This document shows, piece after piece, positions 43,814-53,817 of a stretch of DNA of 64,000 nt (position 1 is the first letter of the stretch; every line of letters starts with the position of its first letter). Below the pieces are notes generated by a model, which worked only from the letters and a program-made list of their open reading frames with translations, had not been told where the DNA came from and made no database searches. This DNA comes from a virus, in the IMG/VR virus record IMGVR_UViG_3300043449_000492, positions 105,070-169,069 of that record. One strand, 5' to 3'. The position numbers and the translations under genes were made by a program.

Positions 43814-44797
43814 ATGAAACTATCCGTATCTGATCTTTTTAAAAGATATTCAAAAGGACCACTCGTCGGCAAACCTAGAATTGTTAAGTTTGCTGAAAAG
43901 TTCAAGAACGGCGAAGAGTTTGAATTGAATACTGGAGAAAAGGTCAAACTCAAATTTAATCCAGAGCAATACAATATTCTTATTGAATCTTCAAAATATC
44001 CTTCTAAGTTTCAGAAAGAACTGCAGAAGGCTCAGTTTCTAGCAGTAGCTGGTAAATCTTATTATAAGATAACTGACTTCAAGAAGACGATTGAGTTTGA
44101 TGGAAAGCCCGATCGACCACCTGCAGGTATTGAAGGTGAAACGAAAACTGTGAATAGACTAAACTTAATGTTTAGTAATCTGATTAAGAAATATAGCTAC
44201 ACTAAAGGTGTTCCATTGATCATCAAGGGAAAGACTGTCTATGTTAGTCAATGTATGAAAGTTCCTGGAACACCTAAAGCCGATCTGGCATTGTTAAATC
44301 CTAAAGGCGAAGAAGTCGCATGGATATCATATAAGATGGGTAAGAGTGTTAAAGACTTTCAACAATGGGGAGGCATAAGCGATCCAGCGATGCAAGCCTT
44401 TCCACAGGTTCAAGATTTTATTAAAAAGATGGCAGCAAAGTTTCCGCAGGGTATGAAATCAGGCAATAATGCTGGAATGAAAATTAAAGGACCGAACTCA
44501 ACCAAGCTAAAGAATAAAGCTGTCTATGGAGTTGACTGGGAACCAAATGCCAAGATGGGACGAAACAATGTTAGTTACGTTATTCAAGGTAGAATAGATA
44601 TTAAACAATCTGGTAGTAAATATGTTCTCTATAGTTCAAATGCACATGCTTATGAAAATGGTGATCGATTAAAGAGTAGTGAAGATCCTATTTTCTATGC
44701 AAAATATACAGGTGATCGTGGACAGTATGGAGTAAAAAATTCTAGAATGACAATAAGCCCATATGCAGGTTCAAACATTAAGGAATGGTTAGATTGA
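43814..44797 (+). CDS. putative PD-(D/E)XK nuclease
   Basis: GIEGE...PKADLAL...WISYK...FQQWGG. Confidence 0.55.
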   Translation: MKLSVSDLFKRYSKGPLVGKPRIVKFAEKFKNGEEFELNTGEKVKLKFNPEQYNILIESSKYPSKFQKELQKAQFLAVAGKSYYKITDFKKTIEFDGKPDRPPAGIEGETKTVNRLNLMFSNLIKKYSYTKGVPLIIKGKTVYVSQCMKVPGTPKADLALLNPKGEEVAWISYKMGKSVKDFQQWGGISDPAMQAFPQVQDFIKKMAAKFPQGMKSGNNAGMKIKGPNSTKLKNKAVYGVDWEPNAKMGRNNVSYVIQGRIDIKQSGSKYVLYSSNAHAYENGDRLKSSEDPIFYAKYTGDRGQYGVKNSRMTISPYAGSNIKEWLD

Positions 44798-46035
44798 TTA
44801 GACTTACACAATATCTCAATGAAGCTGCGGCTGAAAAAGACCGTCACCTCACACATATTGAGGATGCTGTTCTAGAAGGCGGTGTTGCTGGAACTCGTAA
44901 TGCTATTGAGTTTCTTCGCTCTCTCCGAGACATGTTTGCTGATGATGGTCAAACATTATCGGAAGCAAGAGGTGGACTTATTCTAAGAACCAAGTTCGAT
45001 GGTGCGCCTGCTATCTATGCAGGTATCAATCCAGAGAATGGCAAGTTCTTTGTCGGCTCTAAGTCTATCTTTGCTAAGAATGCCAAACTCAATTATACGG
45101 AAGCTGACATTCGTGCTAATCATGCTGGAGGTCTTGCTGATAAACTATCACAAGCACTCAAGTATCTACCAGCACTTGGTATTCAAGGTATTGTGCATGG
45201 CGACTTCATGTTCTCTAAGTCTGATCTTAGTCCTCAGACAATCGACGGAAAAAGATATATCACCTTTCGTCCAAACACAATCACATATGCTGTGCCAGAA
45301 GGAACTCCACTGGCTAATCAAATCAAAGCTGCACAGATCGGTATTGTCTTTCATACAACATATACTGGTAAGACGATGCAGACTCTATCAACTCACTTTG
45401 ACATTGATATTTCTGCTTTTAGAAAGTCTAGAAATGTTTGGTTCAGAACAAATAGATTACTAGACGTTACATCTGCTGCAAGACTATCGCCAGCAGAGAA
45501 TAAGAGACTAACCGACATTCTATCACAAGCAGGTTCTTTGTTTAGAACTATTCCAGCCTCATTGCTCAACCAAATTGCATCAAACGAGACATATCGTATT
45601 CCTATTATGACTTATATGAATCAAAAGGTTCGTTCTGGTGAGCATATGGGTTCTAACTTCTCTAAAGAGGTAATGGATTTCGTTGCTGCTAAATACAATA
45701 AGACTATTAATGACGCTAAACGTCCTGATACTAAAGCAAATCGTAGAAAAGAAAAAGATGCAGTCATGCGTTGGTTTCATAACAATCAAGCAGGACTAAG
45801 ATTAATCTATCAATTGCAAAATCTCTTGATTGATGCTAAGCTGCTTTTGATTAGAAAGTTTAATCAGGTTAATGACATTGGAACTTTTCTACACACACCT
45901 TCAGGCGGTTATAAAGTAACAACCCCTGAGGGATATGTTGCTGCTTGGTCATCTGGTGGTGATGCAGTAAAGCTAGTCGACCGCATGGAGTTTAGTCGAG
46001 CAAACTTCCTAGCCACAAAGAACTGGGGAAAGTAA
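44794..46035 (+). CDS. DUF6267-like covalent nucleotidyltransferase (ligase superfamily)
   Basis: KFDG (I), HGDF (III), PEGYV (IV), VKLVDR (V); TTG start 9 nt after AAGGA. Confidence 0.75.
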   Translation: MIRLTQYLNEAAAEKDRHLTHIEDAVLEGGVAGTRNAIEFLRSLRDMFADDGQTLSEARGGLILRTKFDGAPAIYAGINPENGKFFVGSKSIFAKNAKLNYTEADIRANHAGGLADKLSQALKYLPALGIQGIVHGDFMFSKSDLSPQTIDGKRYITFRPNTITYAVPEGTPLANQIKAAQIGIVFHTTYTGKTMQTLSTHFDIDISAFRKSRNVWFRTNRLLDVTSAARLSPAENKRLTDILSQAGSLFRTIPASLLNQIASNETYRIPIMTYMNQKVRSGEHMGSNFSKEVMDFVAAKYNKTINDAKRPDTKANRRKEKDAVMRWFHNNQAGLRLIYQLQNLLIDAKLLLIRKFNQVNDIGTFLHTPSGGYKVTTPEGYVAAWSSGGDAVKLVDRMEFSRANFLATKNWGK

Positions 46036-46155
46036 ATGAAAGTCAAAGAGCATTGTGGTTGTGAGACTGGTCATCCAGAGACTAAGCCCGTGCCTATTAT
46101 TCAGACAATCAAGAAGATTGTTAAGGCTGCAAGAAAGAAAAAGACTTATAAATAA
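46036..46155 (+). CDS. small basic protein (39 aa, not in ORF track)
   Basis: MKVKEHCGC...KKIVKAARKKKTYK immediately after the upstream stop. Confidence 0.5.
   Translation: MKVKEHCGCETGHPETKPVPIIQTIKKIVKAARKKKTYK
46147..46154 (+). promoter_or_regulatory. T4-type late promoter
   Basis: TATAAATA upstream of 46180. Confidence 0.7.
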
Positions 46156-46179
46156 ACAATAAGATACCGCAGAGGTAAG

Positions 46180-48144
46180 ATGAAGAAAATTGTATTTACA
46201 TTTGGACGTTATAATCCACCTACGATTGGGCATGCAGAGTTAATCAACTACACAGTTAGACTAGCTCAAAAGCTTGGTGCCGAGCATCGTATCTATACTT
46301 CCCAATCACAAGACCCATCTAAGAATCCTTTATCAGCAAGACAGAAGCTATCGTTTCTTCGTCAGATATTTCCTGGCGTTAACTTTGTAAACGATGCTTC
46401 GGCTAAATCTGCTTTTATCATTTGCAAGCAACTAGCTGACGCTGGCTATGACGATGTTACATTCGTCGTAGGTGATGATCGTGTCGCAGAGTTTAAGACT
46501 GCTTTAAGCAAGTATGTCAAGCCTAAGACAGCAAAAGACTTCAATCCTAAGATTCATTATCCATTCAAGAAATTTCAGGTCGTTTCATCAGGCTCTCGTA
46601 AAAGAGGTGTGTCTGGAACGGATCTTCGTAACTATATTCGTAAGGGAGACTTTGCTTCATTTGCCCGAGTCTCTGCAGCAAGAGATAAATCATTGGCGAA
46701 AAAGATTTTCGATACAACAAGAGCGCAGCTAAGAGAAGAATCACTTAACGAGGAAATGACTCGTAAGGATTTCGACTCACATCTTAAAAGTTTTATTGAC
46801 TTTTCATGTGAGAAGCTTGGCATTCTAGAAAAGCCTAAGCTATCATATAAAGAACCAGACGAACAAGGAGAGCAGCCATCGTTTGCTGCATACTCACCTT
46901 CTGCAAAAGAAGTTATCATCATGACGAAGAATCGTCATCCGATGGACGTTTTTAGATCAGTGGCTCATGAGCTAGTGCATCATAAGCAGAACGAAGACGG
47001 CAAGCTAAACGATGTTGCCAAAGAAGGTGCAACAGGTTCACCAATAGAAGACGAAGCAAACTATATGGCTGGACGTATCATGCGTTGGTTTGGCAAAGCT
47101 AATCCACATATGTTTGGCAAGTCTCATATCATCGAGCATAAAGCAATTATTCTTGCAGGCACACCAGGTTCTGGCAAGGATAAGATTCTTAAAGAAGCTA
47201 TTCTGCCTCATGGATTTAATGAAGTATCTACAGACACATTTGACGTTAAGAAAGTCAATGAGAATGTGGTTGTCAATGGTTCAGCAGGCTATGAGCGTAT
47301 TCGTTTCATTAAAGAGCAGCTAGAGAATGCAGGCTATGAAACAATCATGGTCTTCGTTAATACAAGCAATGAAGTCTCCAAGCAGCGTAATGAAGCCAGA
47401 GCTGACAAGGGCGGAAGAGTTATTAATGAAGCAGTTCGTTTCACCAAGTGGAAGAATGCACAGGATAATCTTTCCAAGTATGATATGATATTTGAAAAAG
47501 TTATCGAGGTCAAGAATGATCTGGACCTTAATCAAAGTGCAACGGTCATTAAAGAAACATATGACAAGCTAATGTCATCTGTCTCAAAAGAGATTGCGGA
47601 GTTTACTCTAGCTGAATCAGATCGTCAATTTGAGCAAATGCTAAACGAAGTTGGTGGCGCTGGTAACTTTGGCACAACGAAACTTGCAAATCGTTATAAG
47701 AAAGATACTCCTGGTCAAGAGCCAGGCAAGCGTCGTAAGATGGGCATTTACAAGCCGCAGGTTAAAGTCTTCGGCAATCTTCCTGGTATGGGTGATCGTC
47801 TTGGCCAGACATTTACATCGGCTAAGAATCCATCATTTGTCGGTGACACATCTTCCGATCCAAATCCATTCATGAATATGTCCCCGATCGACCGCTGGAT
47901 GGTCAAAGAAGAAACCCGAAAGAGATTTAAACAGAAGTATGGAGAGCTAGCCGATCAAAAGATGAGGGAAACGGCTAATAGAATTAAAAGTGAAAGTTTG
48001 ATTGACCCGTATATGGGGTCTATGGGTTCAACACCCAATGCGTCGAACATTGATGATGTAAGACCTGATGTAAATGCGGAATTCGAGAAGATGAGCATTT
48101 TCAGAAAAGTCAAAGCTAGAAATAAGCTAAATAACAAGAAGTAA
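46180..48144 (+). CDS. cytidylyltransferase-like + HExxH + P-loop kinase multidomain protein
   Basis: FGRYNPPTIGH, GDDR, SGT.LR; AHELVH..Q...E.EAN; GTPGSGK, R..R. Confidence 0.8.
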   Translation: MKKIVFTFGRYNPPTIGHAELINYTVRLAQKLGAEHRIYTSQSQDPSKNPLSARQKLSFLRQIFPGVNFVNDASAKSAFIICKQLADAGYDDVTFVVGDDRVAEFKTALSKYVKPKTAKDFNPKIHYPFKKFQVVSSGSRKRGVSGTDLRNYIRKGDFASFARVSAARDKSLAKKIFDTTRAQLREESLNEEMTRKDFDSHLKSFIDFSCEKLGILEKPKLSYKEPDEQGEQPSFAAYSPSAKEVIIMTKNRHPMDVFRSVAHELVHHKQNEDGKLNDVAKEGATGSPIEDEANYMAGRIMRWFGKANPHMFGKSHIIEHKAIILAGTPGSGKDKILKEAILPHGFNEVSTDTFDVKKVNENVVVNGSAGYERIRFIKEQLENAGYETIMVFVNTSNEVSKQRNEARADKGGRVINEAVRFTKWKNAQDNLSKYDMIFEKVIEVKNDLDLNQSATVIKETYDKLMSSVSKEIAEFTLAESDRQFEQMLNEVGGAGNFGTTKLANRYKKDTPGQEPGKRRKMGIYKPQVKVFGNLPGMGDRLGQTFTSAKNPSFVGDTSSDPNPFMNMSPIDRWMVKEETRKRFKQKYGELADQKMRETANRIKSESLIDPYMGSMGSTPNASNIDDVRPDVNAEFEKMSIFRKVKARNKLNNKK

Positions 48145-48173
48145 TTCAGTTTAACTTTTAAAAGGAATCAAAA

Positions 48174-50012
48174 ATGTTTTCAAATAGATTTAATACAAAG
48201 AATGATCCCATTCTTGAAGCCGTAGAAGGAGCCATGAAGGATGGCGAAGTTCGCCGTCAGGCCGAAGCACTCGTCAATGAGGAGTTCGGTGTATATTCAC
48301 GCAAGGCAGTTGTTCGTGAACACCTTGCGGCATATGATGCTCGCCTTGAGGAAGCATATAAGTGTATGAAGGAAGGTGATGATACTATACCAGGAAGAAA
48401 GTTGACTCCTGATGGAAAACTTCCTCCTGTTGGTAGAGGCATGTCATCAAAAGAAATAGATCCATATAAAGGAATGGATTTAACTACTAAGGGTGTTAAA
48501 GAAGAACTAGCTAAGAAGGACTATGACAAGGACGGCAAGATTGAGTCACCAAAAGACGAAGTTTGGGGTTCTCGTCTTCGTGCCGCTAAGATGGCAGGCA
48601 AGCTTAAGGAAGAAGAACAGATTGACGAAGGTGCACACAAGGCACTAAAAGCAGCAGGCTTCACCGCTGGTCGTAAAGGATCTGATACAGGCTTTGGTCG
48701 TTCTTATTCTCATCCAAAGCATGGATCGGCTTATGTTGATGCTGATGGTTTTGCACACTTTGGTAGCGGTAAGAAAACTACTGTTACTCATGGTGCAAAA
48801 GATACTGCTGCACATCTTGGTAAGTTGAAAGAAGAACAGATTGATGAAGTCTCAAAGAAGACTGCCATTCGTGCCTATCGTGAGCGTGAATCGCAGCACA
48901 GAGGTGAATACAATCAGGGTTGGGGTAGTGAAGGACAGAATCCTAACGATGACTATGGTGAGCGTTCAGGTAAAAAGGCCTTAAAGACTCTTTCAAGAAT
49001 TGGTAAAAAGTTTGGATCAAAAACAGCAGCACAAGCAAAGCGTGGTGCCGAGGTAGATTCCTCTGGTAGAGGACATGGTGGAAAAAGTGATTATCTATCT
49101 GCTAAAGAGCGTGTGTATAGCAAGTTCTCTAAGCCTACATCTAAAAAGGGCACGAAAGAGAGAAAAGACTATATGTCAATGAATAAAGGCAGATTTGCTA
49201 AAGAAGATTACGAACTTGATGAAGCAGCATACTCAGCAAAGGCTGGTCGTGCTGGTAAGGATCTAGGAAAGCCTGGCAAGTCATTCAAGAAGATTGCTGC
49301 TAAGGCTGGTGAACGCTACGGTTCAGAAGAACGTGGTAAGAGAGTGGCTGGTGCTATTCTTAAGCGTATTCGTGCAAAGCATATGGAAGAGCAAGTAACC
49401 TTTATGCCATCAGCAGGAGCTAAGCCTAAAGTATCTGGATTTGGTGCTGAATTTGCCAAGCAGAGAGCATCAGGTGCAAAGACATTTTCTTATAACGGTA
49501 AGTCTTATTCAACCGCACTTAAGGGTTCTTCGGCACCTGCTTCTAAACCTGCTGCAACATCTACAGCCACAGATTCGGGTACTCGCACACCAGTAGCTGC
49601 AACAAAGACAAGCACAGGTATTAGCAAGTATGGAACAGCAACAGGTAAAGACTTTGCTTCAATTGATAAGAAGTCTTCTGCAGTTCCAAATTCTCCAGCA
49701 AGACCAGTCGATAGAGAAACTACATCAGCAGGTCCAAACACGGGCGGCGAAAAGGGTATCACTAGCGGCAACACAGTTTCGCTTGATAGACCAACGCCAA
49801 CAGATAAGCCAGCTACATCACCATCACTAGGCGTTTCAAAGGATAGCACTCCAGGCGGCGTCGATGCTTTCGAGAAGAAGGTAAATACTCCTTCAGCTCC
49901 TCCAGTAGCTACTAAGCCAAAGGGTGGAATGGTAACAGGCGGTACTTTTGAAGAATCTGTACAGCTTGGTGAATCAGTTCAAGTTGGAACAAGTAAGTAT
50001 AGGATCGTTTAA
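48174..50012 (+). CDS. modular basic virion (internal head) protein
   Basis: repeated EEQIDE-like linkers; DYDKDGKIES..DE..GSR; CTAAATA upstream. Confidence 0.65.
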   Translation: MFSNRFNTKNDPILEAVEGAMKDGEVRRQAEALVNEEFGVYSRKAVVREHLAAYDARLEEAYKCMKEGDDTIPGRKLTPDGKLPPVGRGMSSKEIDPYKGMDLTTKGVKEELAKKDYDKDGKIESPKDEVWGSRLRAAKMAGKLKEEEQIDEGAHKALKAAGFTAGRKGSDTGFGRSYSHPKHGSAYVDADGFAHFGSGKKTTVTHGAKDTAAHLGKLKEEQIDEVSKKTAIRAYRERESQHRGEYNQGWGSEGQNPNDDYGERSGKKALKTLSRIGKKFGSKTAAQAKRGAEVDSSGRGHGGKSDYLSAKERVYSKFSKPTSKKGTKERKDYMSMNKGRFAKEDYELDEAAYSAKAGRAGKDLGKPGKSFKKIAAKAGERYGSEERGKRVAGAILKRIRAKHMEEQVTFMPSAGAKPKVSGFGAEFAKQRASGAKTFSYNGKSYSTALKGSSAPASKPAATSTATDSGTRTPVAATKTSTGISKYGTATGKDFASIDKKSSAVPNSPARPVDRETTSAGPNTGGEKGITSGNTVSLDRPTPTDKPATSPSLGVSKDSTPGGVDAFEKKVNTPSAPPVATKPKGGMVTGGTFEESVQLGESVQVGTSKYRIV

Positions 50013-50239
50013 TGAAAAGAACGAAAATACAGAGAGGTGCCTTGCATAGAGGCCCAGCATCTTTAGCTGGCACCTCTCGTCATAGATATGCTGCTTCAAA
50101 GAAACTAGCTGAGGAAGCCAAAGAGGCAACCAAGCAGGTAGTTAATAAAGTGAACAAAACAAAGAAGCAGGGCGATGTTGTCGAGATTAATCCGGAGAAG
50201 GATATTCTTGGCAACGGGTTACAGCAACAATCATCATAA
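50012..50239 (+). CDS. hypothetical basic protein
   Basis: TAATG overlap. Confidence 0.6.
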   Translation: MKRTKIQRGALHRGPASLAGTSRHRYAASKKLAEEAKEATKQVVNKVNKTKKQGDVVEINPEKDILGNGLQQQSS

Positions 50240-50254
50240 AGAAGGAAAACTAAA

Positions 50255-50869
50255 ATGCCACTATGGGGTAAAGTAGACAACGCTGCTAATTCAGACATTG
50301 CAGCAGTCATGCAAGTCAACAAGTCAATCACATCAGCGAATCAGACTTCGCTTTATAAGAATGTTACACCAGGCGATTTCTTCCCTAACGTCGCTATCGG
50401 ACAGTTCGCTGCCGACGTTAACGAAGTAAGAGCTAATCCAACAATTCCACACGCTGGCTGGGTCCTTCGTAAAGAAGGCACAGGTCTTCGTGCTGGTCGT
50501 GTAACATACGAAGTTCTAGTTGCAGGTCGTTCAATCGGTTCACCAGACGGTACCGATGACACATATTTCCCAGATTATAGACTAGCAATCGGAACTCAGC
50601 CAGTAAGCACAAATGGTGCAGGCAACGTAACACTTTCAGTCGTTGCAACATCTACACCATCAGGTGCTACATTCACATATCTTTGGCAGCGTAATGCCGG
50701 CGGTGGATGGCTCACTGTTGCCAATACAGCTGGTCTATATTTCAACAATACATCACCAACTCTTACAGCAAATGCTGCAGTTGCAAATGCAAACACCTTC
50801 CGTGTTCTCGTTTCCGCAGCTGGTGCAAACACAGTTACATCTGCAAACGCTATCGTAACAACACCATAA
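50255..50869 (+). CDS. virion structural protein with C-terminal Ig-like domain
   Basis: MPLWG..D, HAGWV.R..G.G.RAGR..YE.LVA; QP...LSV.A...YLWQ...FRVLVS. Confidence 0.75.
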   Translation: MPLWGKVDNAANSDIAAVMQVNKSITSANQTSLYKNVTPGDFFPNVAIGQFAADVNEVRANPTIPHAGWVLRKEGTGLRAGRVTYEVLVAGRSIGSPDGTDDTYFPDYRLAIGTQPVSTNGAGNVTLSVVATSTPSGATFTYLWQRNAGGGWLTVANTAGLYFNNTSPTLTANAAVANANTFRVLVSAAGANTVTSANAIVTTP

Positions 50870-50880
50870 GGAGAGCTTAA

Positions 50881-52818
50881 ATGAAGACTTTCCTTGATTA
50901 TCTAAATGAAGATGTTGTGCCTGCCGCTCTAGTAACGAATGGCACAATCTCTCTCGACAACGAAGACACAAGGGCCTCAGTTAATATGGCCCTTGCTAAA
51001 GTTACGGCAGATAGTTCTATTACACCATACATTGCGTTGAATAGAATCTCTAAGGCTCTATCTTACTTCTCTATCATTCTACCCAAGAGAATTTATCTTG
51101 AAGGTGCAAAGGGTGTTGAAGTTCATGAGATTCTTCAATTTGGTGACAAGATGGGCATGACTAACCAGGGTGAATTTATTCGTGACGTTCCTGGGAAGTT
51201 TTATCTATTCATGCAATATGGTATGAACTCTCCAATGGGTTATGGCGGCCAGCTTGCCTATCCTTCAATGGGCGGAACATTTAGAGTATTTGCTAAGGTT
51301 GTTGACAAAGAAGAACTTGATAAGCTTATATCAATGGCAGAACTTGCGCTCGCCGAAGAGTGTGATGCAGAAATGCAGCAAAAGAGAGCAAAGATGCTTG
51401 CTCCTCATGATACGATGAATGATGTTACTTCTGATCCTAAGAAAGTCGGTAACAAGAAAGCCGTTGCTGATTCTAATAAAGGTATCAAGGAAGATGCAGG
51501 CGGTTTTATCAGAGGCTTGTTCACTGGAGGCAATGCTGATACTAATAAGAATAAAACACAGCAGGCCGTTCAAGATACTGCACAATCTACTGCTAATAAA
51601 GCATCTGGTGGTATGTTAGGTTCATTGACAGATAAGCTATCTGTACCAGGAGCAAAAGCACAAACTGTTAAAGAAGAACAGATTGATGAACTATGGGAAC
51701 CAATTACAGGTCATGCCAAGAAGGGATCAAATGAACGTAAGCGTAAAGCAGTTCAGATGGCTCTTGGTAGAAAACACAAGGGCGAAGAAGGTTGGAATGA
51801 TAAAATCAATCCACAAAATGCTGCCCTAAGAATGGGTCGTGCCCTACAAAAGAAGGGTGTGACTAAAGAAGAAACCATCAACGAAATCTCTCAAAAACTT
51901 GCTCTAAAGGCAATGAAGGCGTCCGAAAAGCGTTCCGACGATGAGTGGGAAGCAGATGCGGCCTATGATCGTCTATCTGATTGGAAAACACATGATGCCC
52001 GTGCCCATCGTCTTCGTGGCCATATGAAAAGAAAGTTTGGCAAAAAAAAGATCAAGACTGATGGAGAAGATCACCTAAAAGACTATGATGGATATAGTGG
52101 TAGACAAGGCGTTCATACTGTAAACACACACGGCAAGAGAGCAGGACTTCCTCCAAAGGAGCAAGTAAACCGTCTAAAGAATAACATTAGATATTCACTT
52201 GGAAAGCATCGTAAGCCAAATCTTCCTGAGGAAACACAGATTAATGAAGTTGGCGATACAACTCGTGGTAAACTTGCTCTAAAATCTTATGCTAGAAAAG
52301 CGGATAAGTGGGTTGATAAAGAAACTGGTAGATTGTCATTAGATTATGATAAAAAACCAAGAGATATCGGCAAAGAACTAGATAAGATTGATAGACGCAT
52401 TGGATACTCAAAAAAAGCAAAAAGAATGGCAGAAGAAACTCAGTTAGACGAACTAAGTCGTGGAACTGTTGCAAGATATAAGAAGGCAGCAGTTGACGAC
52501 AAGAAGTCTGCCGAATCTTCTGCCGAGACTTCACACGCTCACAGAAAGAACCGTGCGCTTCCTCTAGCAAAGCGTAATGCTTTTCATGATGAAGAAAAGT
52601 GGCTAAAGGGCATTGCAAAGAAGCGTGAAAAAGGCATTGCAATGGCTGATAAGCGCCTTGAAGAAAAACTAACCAAGGGCATGTCTGCTGCTGATGTTAT
52701 CCATGACTTCGTTCATTCTGATGATCCTAAGTTCAAGGGCAAGTCAGTCAAAGAAAGACAGAAGATGGCCCTAGGTGCTTATTACGGTATGCATCCGGAG
52801 AAGTCTAGTAAAGAATAA
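50881..52818 (+). CDS. modular internal head protein with capsid-targeting N-terminus
   Basis: MKTFLDYLNE; repeated EEQIDE/EETINE/EETQLDE linkers. Confidence 0.7.
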   Translation: MKTFLDYLNEDVVPAALVTNGTISLDNEDTRASVNMALAKVTADSSITPYIALNRISKALSYFSIILPKRIYLEGAKGVEVHEILQFGDKMGMTNQGEFIRDVPGKFYLFMQYGMNSPMGYGGQLAYPSMGGTFRVFAKVVDKEELDKLISMAELALAEECDAEMQQKRAKMLAPHDTMNDVTSDPKKVGNKKAVADSNKGIKEDAGGFIRGLFTGGNADTNKNKTQQAVQDTAQSTANKASGGMLGSLTDKLSVPGAKAQTVKEEQIDELWEPITGHAKKGSNERKRKAVQMALGRKHKGEEGWNDKINPQNAALRMGRALQKKGVTKEETINEISQKLALKAMKASEKRSDDEWEADAAYDRLSDWKTHDARAHRLRGHMKRKFGKKKIKTDGEDHLKDYDGYSGRQGVHTVNTHGKRAGLPPKEQVNRLKNNIRYSLGKHRKPNLPEETQINEVGDTTRGKLALKSYARKADKWVDKETGRLSLDYDKKPRDIGKELDKIDRRIGYSKKAKRMAEETQLDELSRGTVARYKKAAVDDKKSAESSAETSHAHRKNRALPLAKRNAFHDEEKWLKGIAKKREKGIAMADKRLEEKLTKGMSAADVIHDFVHSDDPKFKGKSVKERQKMALGAYYGMHPEKSSKE

Positions 52819-52882
52819 ATAAAAAGTGCGGGCCACGATGTTACAGCATCTGCCCGCTCTATGTCTAATAAGGAGACACAGC

Positions 52883-53443
52883 ATGTTCTATATTTATGCT
52901 TATCTTAGAGAAGATGGCACACCCTATTATATTGGCAAAGGTAAGGGTGAACGATCAAACTATAAAAGCAAGAAGCATAGAATCAAAGTTCCTGATTTTG
53001 ATAGAATAGTCATTATGGAATCTAATCTAACAGAGATTGGAGCTTTTGCTCTAGAACGATTTTACATTCGTTGGTATGGTCGTAAAGATATCGGCACAGG
53101 TATTCTTCGTAATCTCACTGATGGAGGAGACGGTGTCTCAGGTATCAGATTTTCTGATGAAACAAAAAAGAAAATGAGTGACGCTAGAAAAGGGAAATCT
53201 AGATCACCAGAAACAATAGAAAAGATTAGAAAATCGCATCTTGGTAAAAAGCATACCGACGAAACAAAGAAAAAGTTAAGTGAGAAGCGTTCAGGAGAAA
53301 AACGCAAACCTCTATCCGAAGAAACTAAGAGAAAAATTGGTGAAGCAAACCGTAGATGGATGACAGGAAGAGTAATGTCGGACGAAACTAAGAAAAAGAT
53401 AAGTGAGACTATGAAAGTTGTTAGACGGCAATGTTCGACTTAA
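52883..53443 (+). mobile_element. GIY-YIG (Seg-like) homing endonuclease with NUMOD3 repeats
   Basis: FYIYAY...YYIGKG..R, E...[11 protein letters not shown]; repeats of S/T.ETKKK.S. Confidence 0.85.
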
Positions 53444-53817
53444 ACGACGAAAACTTCTATCTATATGCTGCAAAACATTATGAGTCTTCTCGTCTTATAC
53501 AGCATGAACTGGATGAGGATCTCAAACATATTAAATATATTAAAAGACTCCTGAGAAAGTATCGACAAACAGGTGAGTTTAAGGAACGTCTTATCCTCAA
53601 TCATGTAATAATTCTTGCTAATGTTTTTGGTGTCGAAGCAACAGTCAATATGCTCTTTCTCAAGATTGACAATGAAGACTATCCCATTCTAAAGACCTTA
53701 CTCATTTACCTAAACTATTTGCCAACACGATTGAAACTTACATTCAATAAATATACCATAAGACAAGAAGAGATTCCTGTCGATCTAACTATCGCAGACA
53801 TACTGAGGAACCTATGA
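53431..53817 (+). CDS. conserved T4-like hypothetical protein
   Basis: KYIKRLL.KY...ERLILNH.I.L.NVFG. Confidence 0.8.
   Translation: MFDLNDENFYLYAAKHYESSRLIQHELDEDLKHIKYIKRLLRKYRQTGEFKERLILNHVIILANVFGVEATVNMLFLKIDNEDYPILKTLLIYLNYLPTRLKLTFNKYTIRQEEIPVDLTIADILRNL

Noticed and set aside
53155-53410. Tandem ETKKK repeats as a novel repeat
   Set aside because: Ordinary NUMOD3 DNA-binding repeats of a homing endonuclease.
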